The notes beneath the pieces are model-generated. The model worked only from the letters and a program-made list of their open reading frames with translations, did no database searches and was not told the DNA's origin. A DNA stretch of 64,000 bases from Clostridiales bacterium (GTDB taxonomy: Bacteria; Acidobacteriota; Aminicenantia; Aminicenantales; UBA8522), in the NCBI GenBank assembly GCA_029907205.1, contig JARYMI010000016.1, positions 959 to 64,958 of the forward strand, written 5' to 3'. The first letter of the stretch is position 1, and each line of letters opens with the position of its first letter. This document shows positions 38,044 to 48,035 of the stretch, piece after piece. The position numbers and the translations under genes were made by a program.

Positions 38044-39738
38044 ATGATGAGAACGGCAATCGTCGGCCAAGATAAAGAAGACCTCGCCGAAGCCCTCGCG
38101 GATCTTTCTAAAAAAAGGGTTATTGAGCGCATCTGGAAAAAAGACTGGACGGTCTGGAAAAATGAGCCGGAGGAGATAGCCAACCGCATGGGCTGGCTCA
38201 CCTGTCCACAAGAAGCCTGCAAAGCACTTCCCGGGATTGGTCGTTTCGTCCAAGAAGTAAAGCGAGACGGCTACACCAACGCTCTTCTCCTGGGGATGGG
38301 CGGCTCCAGCCTGGCGCCGCTTGTCTTGAGCTCAACCTTTAAAACAAAGCCGGGCTATCTCGACCTCATAGTCCTCGATTCGACCGTGCCAGCCGCAGTC
38401 CTGGGGGTTAGGCGCAGGCTAAACCCAGCCAAGACGTTGTTCATTGTCTCCTCAAAATCGGGCACCACGGTAGAGACAATGTCCCTGTTCAATCTTTTCT
38501 GGAACTGGACAGCCGAATGCCTGGGAAAGGCCAGAACCGGCGAGCATTTCATCGCCATTACTGACGAAGGCACCCCGCTGGCCGAGGAGGCCCGCCGGCT
38601 TCGCTTCCGGTCTCTTTTTTTAGGCGATCCGGAAATCGGGGGCCGCTTCTCGGCTCTCTCCTTGTTTGGGCTTATCCCCGGCTCCCTTAAAGGCATTAAC
38701 ATTCCCCTGATTCTGAAGTCAGCCGGGGAGATGGCTCAAAGATGCCGGCAAACAGCAGACCTTAAGGCCAACCCCGGCGCTTGTCTGGGCGCAGTCTTAG
38801 GGGTCATGGCGAAAAAAGGGAGAGACAAGACTACGTTCTTTCTCTCGCCCAGGCTCGCTTCTCTCGGCGCCTGGCTCGAGCAGCTCATCGCCGAGAGCAC
38901 AGGCAAAGAAGGCAAGGGAATTGTTCCTGTCGAAGGAGAACCTATCGGCCCGAGCGATGTTTATGGGCCTGACCGCTTCTTTATTTCCATCCGGCTGAGA
39001 GGAGATATCTCGAACGAAAACGCTCTGCGACAACTGAAAAGAGCCGGGTTCCCAGCGCTTTCTCTGAATGTCCCTTCGGCCGGCCATCTCGGCGGACAGT
39101 TTTTCCTCTGGGAGTTTGCCACAGCCGTGGCCGGGCACATTCTTGGCATCAACCCCTTCAATCAGCCAGACGTGGACTTGACCAAAAAGAAAACACAGGG
39201 GTTCCTCGAAACCTATCGCAAAAAGGGAATCCTTCCTGAAGAAAAGCTCCGGATTCTGGATGATGGCATCTGTCTGTTTTCAGAGGCCAGGGTTTCAACT
39301 CTAGCCGAAGGGATGAAAAACTTCCTTGGTCAGGCCCGGCCAGGTGATTATATCGGCATCCAGGCTTTTCTCTCTCCCGAGCCCTTGACAACGCTGGCCC
39401 TTCAAAAACTGAGGGCTCTCTTGCGGGAAAAGACCCGTCTGGCCGTGACTCTGGGCTATGGGCCCCGTTTTCTTCACTCCACTGGACAGCTCCACAAGGG
39501 AGACTCAGGAAGAGGCCTTTTTATTCAGATCACATCCCCAGCTTTTGAAGATATCCCCATTCCTGATGGGCCTGGCTCTCTCCGTTCTTCGTTAAGCTTT
39601 GGAGTGCTCTGTGCTTCTCAGGCCAGGGGAGATCATGAAGCCCTCAAGTCTGCCGGCCGCCGCATCATGCGCATTGAGCTGAGCCAAGAGGTGGGCACGG
39701 GACTCACGGCGATTCTTTCAGCCGTTCAAGAAAAATGA
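38044..39738 (+). CDS. pgi: Glucose-6-phosphate isomerase (type found in Tal-Pgi fusions, no transaldolase domain)
   Basis: GMGGSSL, SSKSGTT.ET, IGGRFS, EQLIAESTGK.GKG, INPFNQP.V, GPRFLHSTGQLHKG. Confidence 0.88.
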   Translation: MMRTAIVGQDKEDLAEALADLSKKRVIERIWKKDWTVWKNEPEEIANRMGWLTCPQEACKALPGIGRFVQEVKRDGYTNALLLGMGGSSLAPLVLSSTFKTKPGYLDLIVLDSTVPAAVLGVRRRLNPAKTLFIVSSKSGTTVETMSLFNLFWNWTAECLGKARTGEHFIAITDEGTPLAEEARRLRFRSLFLGDPEIGGRFSALSLFGLIPGSLKGINIPLILKSAGEMAQRCRQTADLKANPGACLGAVLGVMAKKGRDKTTFFLSPRLASLGAWLEQLIAESTGKEGKGIVPVEGEPIGPSDVYGPDRFFISIRLRGDISNENALRQLKRAGFPALSLNVPSAGHLGGQFFLWEFATAVAGHILGINPFNQPDVDLTKKKTQGFLETYRKKGILPEEKLRILDDGICLFSEARVSTLAEGMKNFLGQARPGDYIGIQAFLSPEPLTTLALQKLRALLREKTRLAVTLGYGPRFLHSTGQLHKGDSGRGLFIQITSPAFEDIPIPDGPGSLRSSLSFGVLCASQARGDHEALKSAGRRIMRIELSQEVGTGLTAILSAVQEK

Positions 39739-39770
39739 AGACGCCTTTGACGCCGGTCTAAGGTCTGATC

Positions 39771-40517
39771 TTAATAAAGCCCAGCGAACAGAAGATCGGC
39801 GTGAAAAAGCTCGCGGGTTTGGCGGCGAGTCTTTAGGTCCACTGTTTGTTTGATGTCGATATAGAACCAGAATTTATCAAAAAGCCTCAGTTTCATAAGA
39901 TAATATCGCGCAAAATCTGTCGCCGAATCGACAAGAATCTTCCCCACTTCTTTCTGCTTATCATCAAAAACAACGATGGAATACTTTTCAGCGCCCCCTG
40001 GCGAGGTTGCCTTCTCCAACTTTCCAAAGACTTTGGCTTTTCCTTTGCCTTCCCATTCTTCGCTCTTATTAAAAGCTGTGATCTTCAGGGCCTGGAAATT
40101 AGCTCGTTCATTAAGGTCAAGATGGTCTTCCAATACGGGCTCTTCTCCCCGTGTAAAAATAGTGCTGTACTGGCCGCCTTCTTTCATCTCGATCGTGTCG
40201 GCGATGAGCACAGAAGGTTCATCCTTGAAGAGCGACCCCTTGACTCTGACTTCTTTCCCAACCAAGTAGCCGGCGTCCTGGCCCTGGATTTTTCCCTGGA
40301 CGACGATGTCAAACCCTTTGGCCGGAGGAAGATAGAAGTATTTCCCAAGCCCGACTTTGACTATCCCTTCAAACTCCGGGACTCCTCCTGTGTCAGCATG
40401 AGGCGTTTTTTGAGCAGCGTGTTCCTGAGCTTCTCGGGCGAGAGCCATTCCGGCTGTGGCCACAAAAAAGACGAGTGCATAAACGGCGAACCTCGAAAGC
40501 TTATCTCTGAAAATCAT
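39771..40517 (-). CDS. Secreted hypothetical protein
   Basis: 248-aa ORF, signal peptide, GGAGGT RBS. Confidence 0.75.
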   Translation of the reverse strand: MIFRDKLSRFAVYALVFFVATAGMALAREAQEHAAQKTPHADTGGVPEFEGIVKVGLGKYFYLPPAKGFDIVVQGKIQGQDAGYLVGKEVRVKGSLFKDEPSVLIADTIEMKEGGQYSTIFTRGEEPVLEDHLDLNERANFQALKITAFNKSEEWEGKGKAKVFGKLEKATSPGGAEKYSIVVFDDKQKEVGKILVDSATDFARYYLMKLRLFDKFWFYIDIKQTVDLKTRRQTRELFHADLLFAGLY

Positions 40518-40626
40518 CGCTCATACCTCCAATCTTGAATCAGACGGCAGAATTCATCAAAAGAGGATATTTTATACCACCATGGAAGGCAAAAGTAAAG
40601 TAGAAAATTGTCGCAACAGGCCGGGG

Positions 40627-42474
40627 TCAGTTATCTTTCTTGACCACCCTGCCAGAGGATGAACGAGAAGAGGAAGACGTGTTGGGGGCGGACCTTGCCG
40701 GCGCCGGCGAACTGGATGGAGACCGGGAGAAAGACGGCGAGGACCTCGGAGCGCTTCGGGGAGCGGAAAAGGAGGAAGGAGCAGAATAGGACCGGGAGAT
40801 AGAATAGCTGGATTTTGAGGATGAAGAAGGGGAATTTCGCAGAGAAGTGCTTTCCCGCCTCCAGGTGGAGGAGAACGAAGGTGATTGCGGCCTGTCCTCC
40901 CTGGGCCGGTTGCTTCCGAACGATGACACGTCCGGAGAAGACCCCTTGGATAGCCCGGGCCTTGAGATAACGGGGTTTGAAGAGTATGCCTTCGGTTCCA
41001 TCCGGTTTGGAGAAGAAGTTCTGCCTCGCAGAGAAGAAGTTCTCGGCGAAGCGGACGGATATCCTCCCACACTCCGGCTCTCCGAGAGATTCCTCGAAAC
41101 GCTTTTTGTTGATGGCTCAACCCGGCCTGTCCTGGCTGTCGGCCGATCCTTGTCTCCCGCCGGACTCTTGAGGGTTCTCACGACTGAACCCCGGCTTATG
41201 GCGTCCGAAGCCTTACCCGTCAGCCCGGCTTGAGGACGCGAAAAGCTTTTTACTCCGGATGAACCGGCCAGAGAAGAGCGGCTGATGGTCGGTTTGATAT
41301 CAGGCTGCCGCTCCTGAAGCGTTATCTGCCCGAGGCGTGAAGCTTCCACCCGGCTCAGAGCGACATGAGACACATTCGGAGATTGCAACTGGCTCTTGCG
41401 AACGACTGTTAGCGCCCGGGAGTGGGCTGGATAATAAGAATGGTGATAACGGTCATAAAAATAGTTGTTGACGATGACAACCGGCCGATTGTACCAGCTC
41501 AGCGGACACCAGCCGATATAGTCATGCCCCCAATACCAGTGCACCCAGGCAGGACCCCAATGGCGGGTGGGAATCCAGTACCAGCCCAGGCCAAGCCTCC
41601 AATGCCACCTTCCGTAATGATAGACGCACCAGCCCCAGGGCTCATAAGAAACCCAGGTCCATCCAAAAACTGGGTACCAGACCCATCTCCCATAATAATA
41701 GGGCCTCCAGTAGGAATCGACAATATAAGGCACCCAGACATACCCGTAAGGCCTTTCGTACACCCAACGGCCATGAGTGTCGAGCTCATACTCGTACTCA
41801 TCAAGTTCAGAGGGAAGATACCGCCTGGAGGCGTACTGCCTGATCAAGGAATCACGCTCTTCATTCCAGTAGTGGAAGTTATCCCTCAACGAAGACAGGA
41901 GTCTCTGCGTGCCCAACTGCCCGGAGGAAGCGACAAGGCTTTCCCGGCTTCCTACCAACCGGGAGCCGCTCTCGCCAGCGGCTTCAGCCGACCCTTCCAC
42001 CACCGCGATTTCTGTCCCGCCGCCAGGCCGCACATCAAACCGATAGAGCCCCTCTTCAAGAATGTAGAACGATGCATCCGGGGTGTGAACTTCAAAAACC
42101 TTTTCTTCTTCAAGGAAACTGATCCGGAGATAGACATTGCCGTCCAAAAGATGCAGCCGCACGCGGTTGTCTCCTTCTCTCGGCAAGACGGCAAATTCAA
42201 CTTGGGTTCTGTCATCAAGGCGGAGATAGTTCTTTTTGGCAAAATGGACCTCTGCCCGCCCGGCTTGAGTGGCCAGCTTGTCCCCTTCGACAACAACCAG
42301 GTTGACGATGCCCTCCTCCGTGCCCATCTCATTCGCCCTCTCGACAACAACGTCGCCTTTGACAAAAGAAAGGCGGGCAATACCGTACCTGTCGTATCCT
42401 TCTTCATCATCGGCCTGGACGATAAAGGGTAAGAAAAGAACCAGGCCTGCGATGATCATGGCTCTTTTTCTCAT
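40627..42474 (-). CDS. FecR-domain / DUF6600 protein with Ser/Arg-rich disordered tail
   Basis: ARLS...GDV, GD.L.T..GRAEV FecR region; YG.VW.P, W.PY..G.W, EPWGW..YHYGRW, W.PAWV.W, GW.PL motifs. Confidence 0.85.
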   Translation of the reverse strand: MRKRAMIIAGLVLFLPFIVQADDEEGYDRYGIARLSFVKGDVVVERANEMGTEEGIVNLVVVEGDKLATQAGRAEVHFAKKNYLRLDDRTQVEFAVLPREGDNRVRLHLLDGNVYLRISFLEEEKVFEVHTPDASFYILEEGLYRFDVRPGGGTEIAVVEGSAEAAGESGSRLVGSRESLVASSGQLGTQRLLSSLRDNFHYWNEERDSLIRQYASRRYLPSELDEYEYELDTHGRWVYERPYGYVWVPYIVDSYWRPYYYGRWVWYPVFGWTWVSYEPWGWCVYHYGRWHWRLGLGWYWIPTRHWGPAWVHWYWGHDYIGWCPLSWYNRPVVIVNNYFYDRYHHSYYPAHSRALTVVRKSQLQSPNVSHVALSRVEASRLGQITLQERQPDIKPTISRSSLAGSSGVKSFSRPQAGLTGKASDAISRGSVVRTLKSPAGDKDRPTARTGRVEPSTKSVSRNLSESRSVGGYPSASPRTSSLRGRTSSPNRMEPKAYSSNPVISRPGLSKGSSPDVSSFGSNRPREDRPQSPSFSSTWRRESTSLRNSPSSSSKSSYSISRSYSAPSSFSAPRSAPRSSPSFSRSPSSSPAPARSAPNTSSSSRSSSGRVVKKDN

Positions 42475-42502
42475 CTCTTGTCTCCTTCCCGAAACATCTT
42501 AG

Positions 42503-42519
42503 AGCAAATCTCATGCCAA
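42503..42519 (-). promoter_or_regulatory. sigma54 (-24/-12) promoter
   Basis: TTGGCATG-AGAT-TTGCT on the minus strand, about 30 nt upstream of the FecR/DUF6600 gene. Confidence 0.75.
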
Positions 42520-42644
42520 CTGATTTGCCCTGAAGGAACCTGAATGATCGGAGCCGGGTGTCCAGGATAAAGGACACTTGATAATGAAGAGGGTCAAATA
42601 ATGATGGCCGGAAATGAGTGAACGGCCGAAGCCGCTGGATAAGC

Positions 42645-42677
42645 AAAAAAGAGGGGTTCGATTTCTCAAACCCCTCG
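42645..42677 (-). terminator. Rho-independent terminator after the Spy-like gene
   Basis: gaggggtttg-agaaat-cgaacccctc then TTTTTT on the minus strand. Confidence 0.75.
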
Positions 42678-42708
42678 TCCGGTTGATTTTTCTTTGTTTA
42701 CTGGAGTT

Positions 42709-43248
42709 TTACCACCACCACCGATCTCTCAGACGAGGGCGTAGTGGACCTCTTCCCCAAAAAGGATGCGGACTCAAGCCAGGCCTGCCGCCGCCTCTGC
42801 CAAAGAAGGCGCCTGGCCTCATTTCTCTCATGTGGGCCATTCGCGCTCTGAGCTTAGCCAGTTTTTCCTGTTGTTCTGGGGTAAAGATTTTTTTTATTTC
42901 AGCCTGGTGTTTAAAAGAGCTCTTTAGCCGCCCGGCTCTCAACTTGAACATCTCGTCGATAAGAGCGTCTATCTTTTTTTCATTGGCCTGGGGGTTCTTT
43001 CTCAGTTCTCTCAGCTCAGTCCGGAATTTTTCCATCTGGTCAAGGAAAGCCTTTCTTTCTTCCTGCCTGGCCTTCCGGAATTCTTCGAGTTTAGCCTTCT
43101 GGTCTGGAGTCAAATCCAGGTATTCCTCCCAAAATGGCCTCAATGTCCGCTCCGGATCCCGGGCTGGTTGGCCCAAAGCCAAAGAGGGGCCGAAAGCGAT
43201 GAGGGCAGCTAACAAAATCAGCCCCAAGAGCACCGATGACTTCTTCAT
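42709..43248 (-). CDS. Spy/CpxP-family periplasmic protein
   Basis: Signal peptide, two LTPxQ motifs (LDLTPDQ, FTPEQ). Confidence 0.85.
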   Translation of the reverse strand: MKKSSVLLGLILLAALIAFGPSLALGQPARDPERTLRPFWEEYLDLTPDQKAKLEEFRKARQEERKAFLDQMEKFRTELRELRKNPQANEKKIDALIDEMFKLRAGRLKSSFKHQAEIKKIFTPEQQEKLAKLRARMAHMREMRPGAFFGRGGGRPGLSPHPFWGRGPLRPRLRDRWWW

Positions 43249-43314
43249 GACAAACCTCCTGTCGTTTTCTTCACTATCATTAGACAACGATCTGGGGCAA
43301 ATCTTGGCCCCAGC

Positions 43315-44385
43315 TCAAATTTCTTGCCGGCTGAAGGATTTCGCATCCCAACTGACCAAACCTCGTTGAGACAGGGACGTCAGAAGAGGTTTTATCCCTT
43401 TACCCAGAGACAATATCTCCCGGAGCATTTGTCTTCTGCATCCATCGTCGGCAGGGCCCAGGATCGTCAGTGAGCCCCCCCTCCCGCCAGCGCCGTTAAC
43501 TTTCCAGCCTGATGCCTTGTGCCTTTTGGCCACTTTGATGATGGCATCCGCTTCCCGCGAAATGAGCTGCGGCAGCAACGCTCTCTGGCATTCGTTGTTC
43601 TCAATCATGACTTCGCCGTAAGAATCCAGGTTTCCGGCCAGCAAGCTGGCTTTGGCTCTGGAAGGCAGCTCTTTCATTTTTTCCAGGGTTCTCCGCTCAG
43701 GCCCTCCCCTCTTGAGCCTGGCAATAACCTTCTTGTGGATAGCTGATGAGAGATGAGGCTTCCCCAGGTAGATCAGGCAAAGGCGCCGGTCAAGCTCGTC
43801 CCACATCCGTGCCTGGAGGGAAATTCTTTCCACCCGCGTCTGAGGGTATTCAGGAATGTGGATAAAACAGATGCCTCCGAAAGCAGCGCAAACCTGGTCC
43901 TGAACGCCGCTCTGCATGTTGAGGTCTTCTGTCTCTACCCGATGGGCCAGGGAGGCGATCTTCTGAAGCGAAATTTTTCTGTTGCTGAGGAAGAGCAACC
44001 CACCGAGCAAGGCAACAGAGACCGAGGCAGACGTTCCTGTGGAGATTCCAGCCGGAACGGGCGAAAAGACGCTGATCTCGCACTTGAGGTGGGGCGGAGG
44101 AGGAACCCTGGCGATGATGTGCTGGAGAAGAGGGTGCGGGGAAGAAGGTTGGCTCGGATTGACCCAAAAACTCTGGCCGTAATTTTCTGCGTGGAGGAGA
44201 ACGTTTTTCTTGCTTTTTTCTCTGTTCTCATAGACTTTGATCTGCGCCTCAACCGCAGGCGCCACAGCCAGGTTAAGGACCCATCCGTCCCCGGCAAACC
44301 ATGTGTCTGTCCAGCCGCCGATGTCATTGATGCGGAGCGGAGCCCGACTGCGGATAAGCCTGAGGCAGCGCTCGGCTGTCCTCAT
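43315..44385 (-). CDS. GHMP sugar kinase, HddA-like
   Basis: RAPLRI..IGGWTD, PVPAG.STGTSAS, G.QDQ..AAFGG, KVNGAGG.GG. Confidence 0.85.
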   Translation of the reverse strand: MRTAERCLRLIRSRAPLRINDIGGWTDTWFAGDGWVLNLAVAPAVEAQIKVYENREKSKKNVLLHAENYGQSFWVNPSQPSSPHPLLQHIIARVPPPPHLKCEISVFSPVPAGISTGTSASVSVALLGGLLFLSNRKISLQKIASLAHRVETEDLNMQSGVQDQVCAAFGGICFIHIPEYPQTRVERISLQARMWDELDRRLCLIYLGKPHLSSAIHKKVIARLKRGGPERRTLEKMKELPSRAKASLLAGNLDSYGEVMIENNECQRALLPQLISREADAIIKVAKRHKASGWKVNGAGGRGGSLTILGPADDGCRRQMLREILSLGKGIKPLLTSLSQRGLVSWDAKSFSRQEI

Positions 44386-44404
44386 TGTTTTTTCTTTCTC
44401 CAGC

Positions 44405-45397
44405 TCAGGTCTCCCGGCGGTAACGGATCTGGTCGAGGCTTACCGCCACGATAATGATAAACCCGATGATGATTTCCTGGATGTAGTTGGGCCAGCCCAT
44501 CATCGTGCTGCCGTTGCGGAGAAAGGCCATGATGAAGACGCCGATCATCGAGCCCAAGATGCTTCCCTGCCCTCCGCTCAGGCTGCCTCCGCCGATGACA
44601 ACCGCCGCAATGATATCAAGCTCAAGGCCCACAGCCACAGTCGGATCACCCACGGTCAGCCTGGAAAACTGCATGACGCCGCTCATCCCGCAAAAAAGCC
44701 CGGCCAAGCCATAGATAATGACCTTCGTCCTCCTGGTCCGGATGCCGCACAACCTGGCCGCCGCCTCATTGGAGCCGATGGCGAAGACGTGGCGCCCGAA
44801 CATTGTGAAGCGCAGGACAACGGCCATGGCCGCTGCCAGAAGAATCATCAGCCATATTCCTGGCGCCATGAGCAGCCAAGGAGGTTGCGGGCTGCGCGCC
44901 ATGAGATCATTGACCCAGGTAATGGGAGCATCGATCTTCTGATTTTCAGCCAGCCATTTGGCGGCGCCCCGGGCAATGCCCAACATGCCCAGAGTGATAA
45001 TAAAAGGCACCAGCCGCAACGAAGTGATCAGGCTTCCATTAATCAGCCCGATCGCGCTTCCTGTCAGCATCCCGCCGAGGACGCCAAGCCACGGCGGCAG
45101 CCCGGCGTTGATGATGAAAGCAACAATACAGCTCGAAAGAGCAATGTTCGAGGCCACCGAAAGGTCAATCCCGCCGCTGATGATCACGAACGTCATGCCC
45201 AGCGCTGCCAGGGCCACGATCACCGATTGCGTGGCCACGCTTTTAAAGTTGCCGGCCCTGAGGAAACGATCCTGGACTTCTGGCACGAGCGAAAAGATGA
45301 GGATGACGAGAAGGAGCCCGAGAAAAGGCGCCACGATGTTGGCCACAAACCTGAATCTGCTGCTGGTCTTCGTTGTTTGATCAGTCATATCCTTCAT
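44405..45397 (-). CDS. Sugar ABC permease (RbsC-like)
   Basis: GMTFVIISGGIDLSV, PFIITLG, AIGSNE.AARLCG, ELD.IAAVVIGG. Confidence 0.94.
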   Translation of the reverse strand: MKDMTDQTTKTSSRFRFVANIVAPFLGLLLVILIFSLVPEVQDRFLRAGNFKSVATQSVIVALAALGMTFVIISGGIDLSVASNIALSSCIVAFIINAGLPPWLGVLGGMLTGSAIGLINGSLITSLRLVPFIITLGMLGIARGAAKWLAENQKIDAPITWVNDLMARSPQPPWLLMAPGIWLMILLAAAMAVVLRFTMFGRHVFAIGSNEAAARLCGIRTRRTKVIIYGLAGLFCGMSGVMQFSRLTVGDPTVAVGLELDIIAAVVIGGGSLSGGQGSILGSMIGVFIMAFLRNGSTMMGWPNYIQEIIIGFIIIVAVSLDQIRYRRET

Positions 45398-45404
45398 CTA
45401 AAAT

Positions 45405-46919
45405 CTAATGCAGGCCGGCCGAGGTCCTGCCCGTGGTTGTGGCCGCGGTGAGGCTTTGCTCATTCCATTCAGACACCGGCCTCACCTCCGCCAACTGTCC
45501 ACGGTAGAAGACGGCGATCCGGTCACAAACGCCCAGGAGTTCAGGCAGGTAAGAGCTCACAAACAGGATGGCCTTCCCCTGAGCAGCTAGCTCGGCCATC
45601 CACTGGTAAACCTGGAGCTTGCTGAGGATATCGATGCCCCGCGTCGGCTCATCCAACAACAGAACCTTGGCCTCTTGATGCAATAGCCGAGCCAGCGCGA
45701 CTTTCTGCTGGTTTCCGCCCGAGAGAGTCAGGATGGACTGGCCCGGACTCTGAGCTTTTATTTTCATCCTCTGAATCCATCTCTCTACCTCTTTGTTGCG
45801 CAGTCCGAGCCGCAGAAATCCGAAGCGGGAATAGGGCGCAAGACGGCTGAGCGTGATGTTGTCCGCAACGGACTGGCCTGGGGATAGACCCTCTCCTTGC
45901 CTGTCTTCGCTCAGGAAGCCGATGCCGTGATCAATTCTCAGCCGGGGCCCCGTCAGGGCAATCTCCTCTTTTCCGATTCTTAGGACTCCTTCATGACAGG
46001 CGTCGAGCCCAAAAAGGGCGCGCAGGAACTCCGTCCTCCCGGAGCCAACGAGGCCCGCCAGGCCGAGTATTTCGCCATGATGGAGAGAGAGGCTGACCTC
46101 GGCTTGCATGCGTTTTCCCCTCAGCCTGAAAGCGGCCAAGGCGACGGGCCCAACCTCATGAGGAAGACGCGGAAACACCTCTCTAACCTTCTTCCCGACC
46201 ATCAGCTGAATGATCCCGTCCAGGGATATTTCCTCCATCTGTCCCGACCCGACATTCTTCCCGTCTCGCAGGACGGAGAACCGATCAGCCACTTGCTGAA
46301 CCTCTTCCAGAAAATGGCTGATATAGACGATGCTGACGCCCTGGCCCTTGAGCTGTTTGATGAGCCTAAAAAGCCGGTGCCTGTCCTCCCCAGAAAGTGA
46401 GCTCGTCGGCTCGTCCATGATGAGGATTTTAGCCTTCTCGAGAAGCGCCCGGGAAATCTCCACAATCTGGCGAGCGGCCACACTCAACCTCCTGACCGGG
46501 ACATCGGGGGCGATCTCAGGATGAGAAACCAGGCGGAGCACCTCACAGGCTTTTTGCCTCATTTTTTTGCGGCGCAGGAAGCCGCAGGCCTTCCACTCCT
46601 GGCCCAACATGATATTCTCCTCAACCGTCATGTGAGGAGCAAGGTTGAGTTCCTGGTAGATGACCGAAATGCCCATCTTTCGGCCTTCGAGGGGGCTGGC
46701 CGGCGAATATTTAGCTCCTTCGAGGTTCATCGTTCCTCTCGTGGGTCTTATGGCTCCGCTCATGATTTTGATGAGAGTGCTCTTGCCAGCGCCGTTTTCT
46801 CCTAACAGGGCATGGACCTCTCCCCTTTTGAGGTCAAAATGGACATCGTCAAGCGCACGGGTGGCGCCAAAAGACTTGCTGATGCCTTTCATGGAGAGCA
46901 GCGGCCGTGTTTGGTTCAT
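45405..46919 (-). CDS. Sugar ABC ATPase (RbsA-like, two NBDs)
   Basis: GENGAGKSTL, DEPTSSL, LSGGNQQKV, DEPTRGID. Confidence 0.95.
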   Translation of the reverse strand: MNQTRPLLSMKGISKSFGATRALDDVHFDLKRGEVHALLGENGAGKSTLIKIMSGAIRPTRGTMNLEGAKYSPASPLEGRKMGISVIYQELNLAPHMTVEENIMLGQEWKACGFLRRKKMRQKACEVLRLVSHPEIAPDVPVRRLSVAARQIVEISRALLEKAKILIMDEPTSSLSGEDRHRLFRLIKQLKGQGVSIVYISHFLEEVQQVADRFSVLRDGKNVGSGQMEEISLDGIIQLMVGKKVREVFPRLPHEVGPVALAAFRLRGKRMQAEVSLSLHHGEILGLAGLVGSGRTEFLRALFGLDACHEGVLRIGKEEIALTGPRLRIDHGIGFLSEDRQGEGLSPGQSVADNITLSRLAPYSRFGFLRLGLRNKEVERWIQRMKIKAQSPGQSILTLSGGNQQKVALARLLHQEAKVLLLDEPTRGIDILSKLQVYQWMAELAAQGKAILFVSSYLPELLGVCDRIAVFYRGQLAEVRPVSEWNEQSLTAATTTGRTSAGLH

Positions 46920-46922
46920 GAT

Positions 46923-47924
46923 TCAAACATCGGGATAGGCGGAAAAATCAGGAAGAAGAAGCGTCTTGATCTCCGGGTCATCCATGTTTTCCCGCGTGAC
47001 GAGATAGACTCCGGTGTCAATAATCGGGTCAATCGGCAGGCCTTTAAGGTGGAGCACCATCTGCTTAACTCCCAAGTATGCCATTTTTACAGGATTCTGG
47101 AGAATGAGCCCGGAGATCTGCCCTTCCCGAAGCGCCTGGACAAGCTTGGGAGAGCTGTCAAACCCGACAAAGACGATCCTCCCGGCGCGTCCGCTCTCTT
47201 GAAGCGCCCGAAGCATTCCGAATGTGCTGGATTCATTGGGACAGAAGATGCCATCGACGTCGGGAAACCGGCCCAAAAGGTTCTCGGCAAGTTGATAAGC
47301 GCTCTCAGTCGTGGCTCCGGCATATTGGTCATGAACAAGCAAAGAAATGGCTGGCGATTCCCGCTTAATCGTCTCGAAGAATCCTTCCTCTCTCTGCGTG
47401 GTCGAAGCAGATCCCACCTGGTAGCGGATGAGGAAGACTTTTCCCTTGCCATCGAGCAATTCAATGATCCTCCGGGCAGCGATCACGCCCCCCTTGTGAT
47501 TGTCCGTCGCCACATAACTGATATAATCGCTGCCTTGAAGACCGGAATCAATGATCACGACGGGGATTTTTTCCCTGACAGCGTCACGGACAGGCCGGCA
47601 GAGAGCTCGATCGTCCAGCGGGGCCAGGACAATCCCGTCGACTCCGCGGCTGATAAAGTCCTCGACAACCGTGATCTGTTGGGCCCGGTCGTCCTCCTTC
47701 TGGGGTCCTTTCCAGATCACCTCAACGCCGAACTCCCGCGCGGCCATCAAAGCTCCCATATGGATGGATTTCCAGAATTCGTGGGTTGTTCCTTTCGGGA
47801 TGACCGCGATCCGGAGTCTTTTGGGCTTCTCTCCGCCGGAAGACTGCTCAGGCTTTCCTTTGCAGCCTGGTTGAAGGATAAGAAAAAGCAGAAGAGTAAA
47901 GGTGAGAATCAAGTTTTGTATCAC
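46923..47924 (-). CDS. Sugar ABC substrate-binding lipoprotein (RbsB-like)
   Basis: Lipobox LQPGC, IPKGTTHEFW, ATDN..GG, VGFD, QNP..M. Confidence 0.93.
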   Translation of the reverse strand: MIQNLILTFTLLLFLILQPGCKGKPEQSSGGEKPKRLRIAVIPKGTTHEFWKSIHMGALMAAREFGVEVIWKGPQKEDDRAQQITVVEDFISRGVDGIVLAPLDDRALCRPVRDAVREKIPVVIIDSGLQGSDYISYVATDNHKGGVIAARRIIELLDGKGKVFLIRYQVGSASTTQREEGFFETIKRESPAISLLVHDQYAGATTESAYQLAENLLGRFPDVDGIFCPNESSTFGMLRALQESGRAGRIVFVGFDSSPKLVQALREGQISGLILQNPVKMAYLGVKQMVLHLKGLPIDPIIDTGVYLVTRENMDDPEIKTLLLPDFSAYPDV

Positions 47925-47982
47925 GCTTAGAATATACAGATAAGCAAAAGCTCAGTCAATTTGGAGGGATATTTTAACCAAG

Positions 47983-48017
47983 AAAACGGGGACGGACCTT
48001 CGCTGAGGACTGTCCCC
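47983..48017 (-). terminator. Terminator-like hairpin after the small basic protein gene
   Basis: ggggacagtcct...aggtccgtcccc then gtttt on the minus strand. Confidence 0.65.
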
Positions 48018-48035
48018 TAGAACACTGACGAGTTT

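Noticed and set aside
42651-42676. tRNA-like GGTTCGA motif
   Set aside because: Part of a terminator hairpin; no cloverleaf.
44237-47930. 404-aa and 372-aa plus-strand ORFs opposite the sugar ABC genes
   Set aside because: Antisense shadows lacking recognisable domains.
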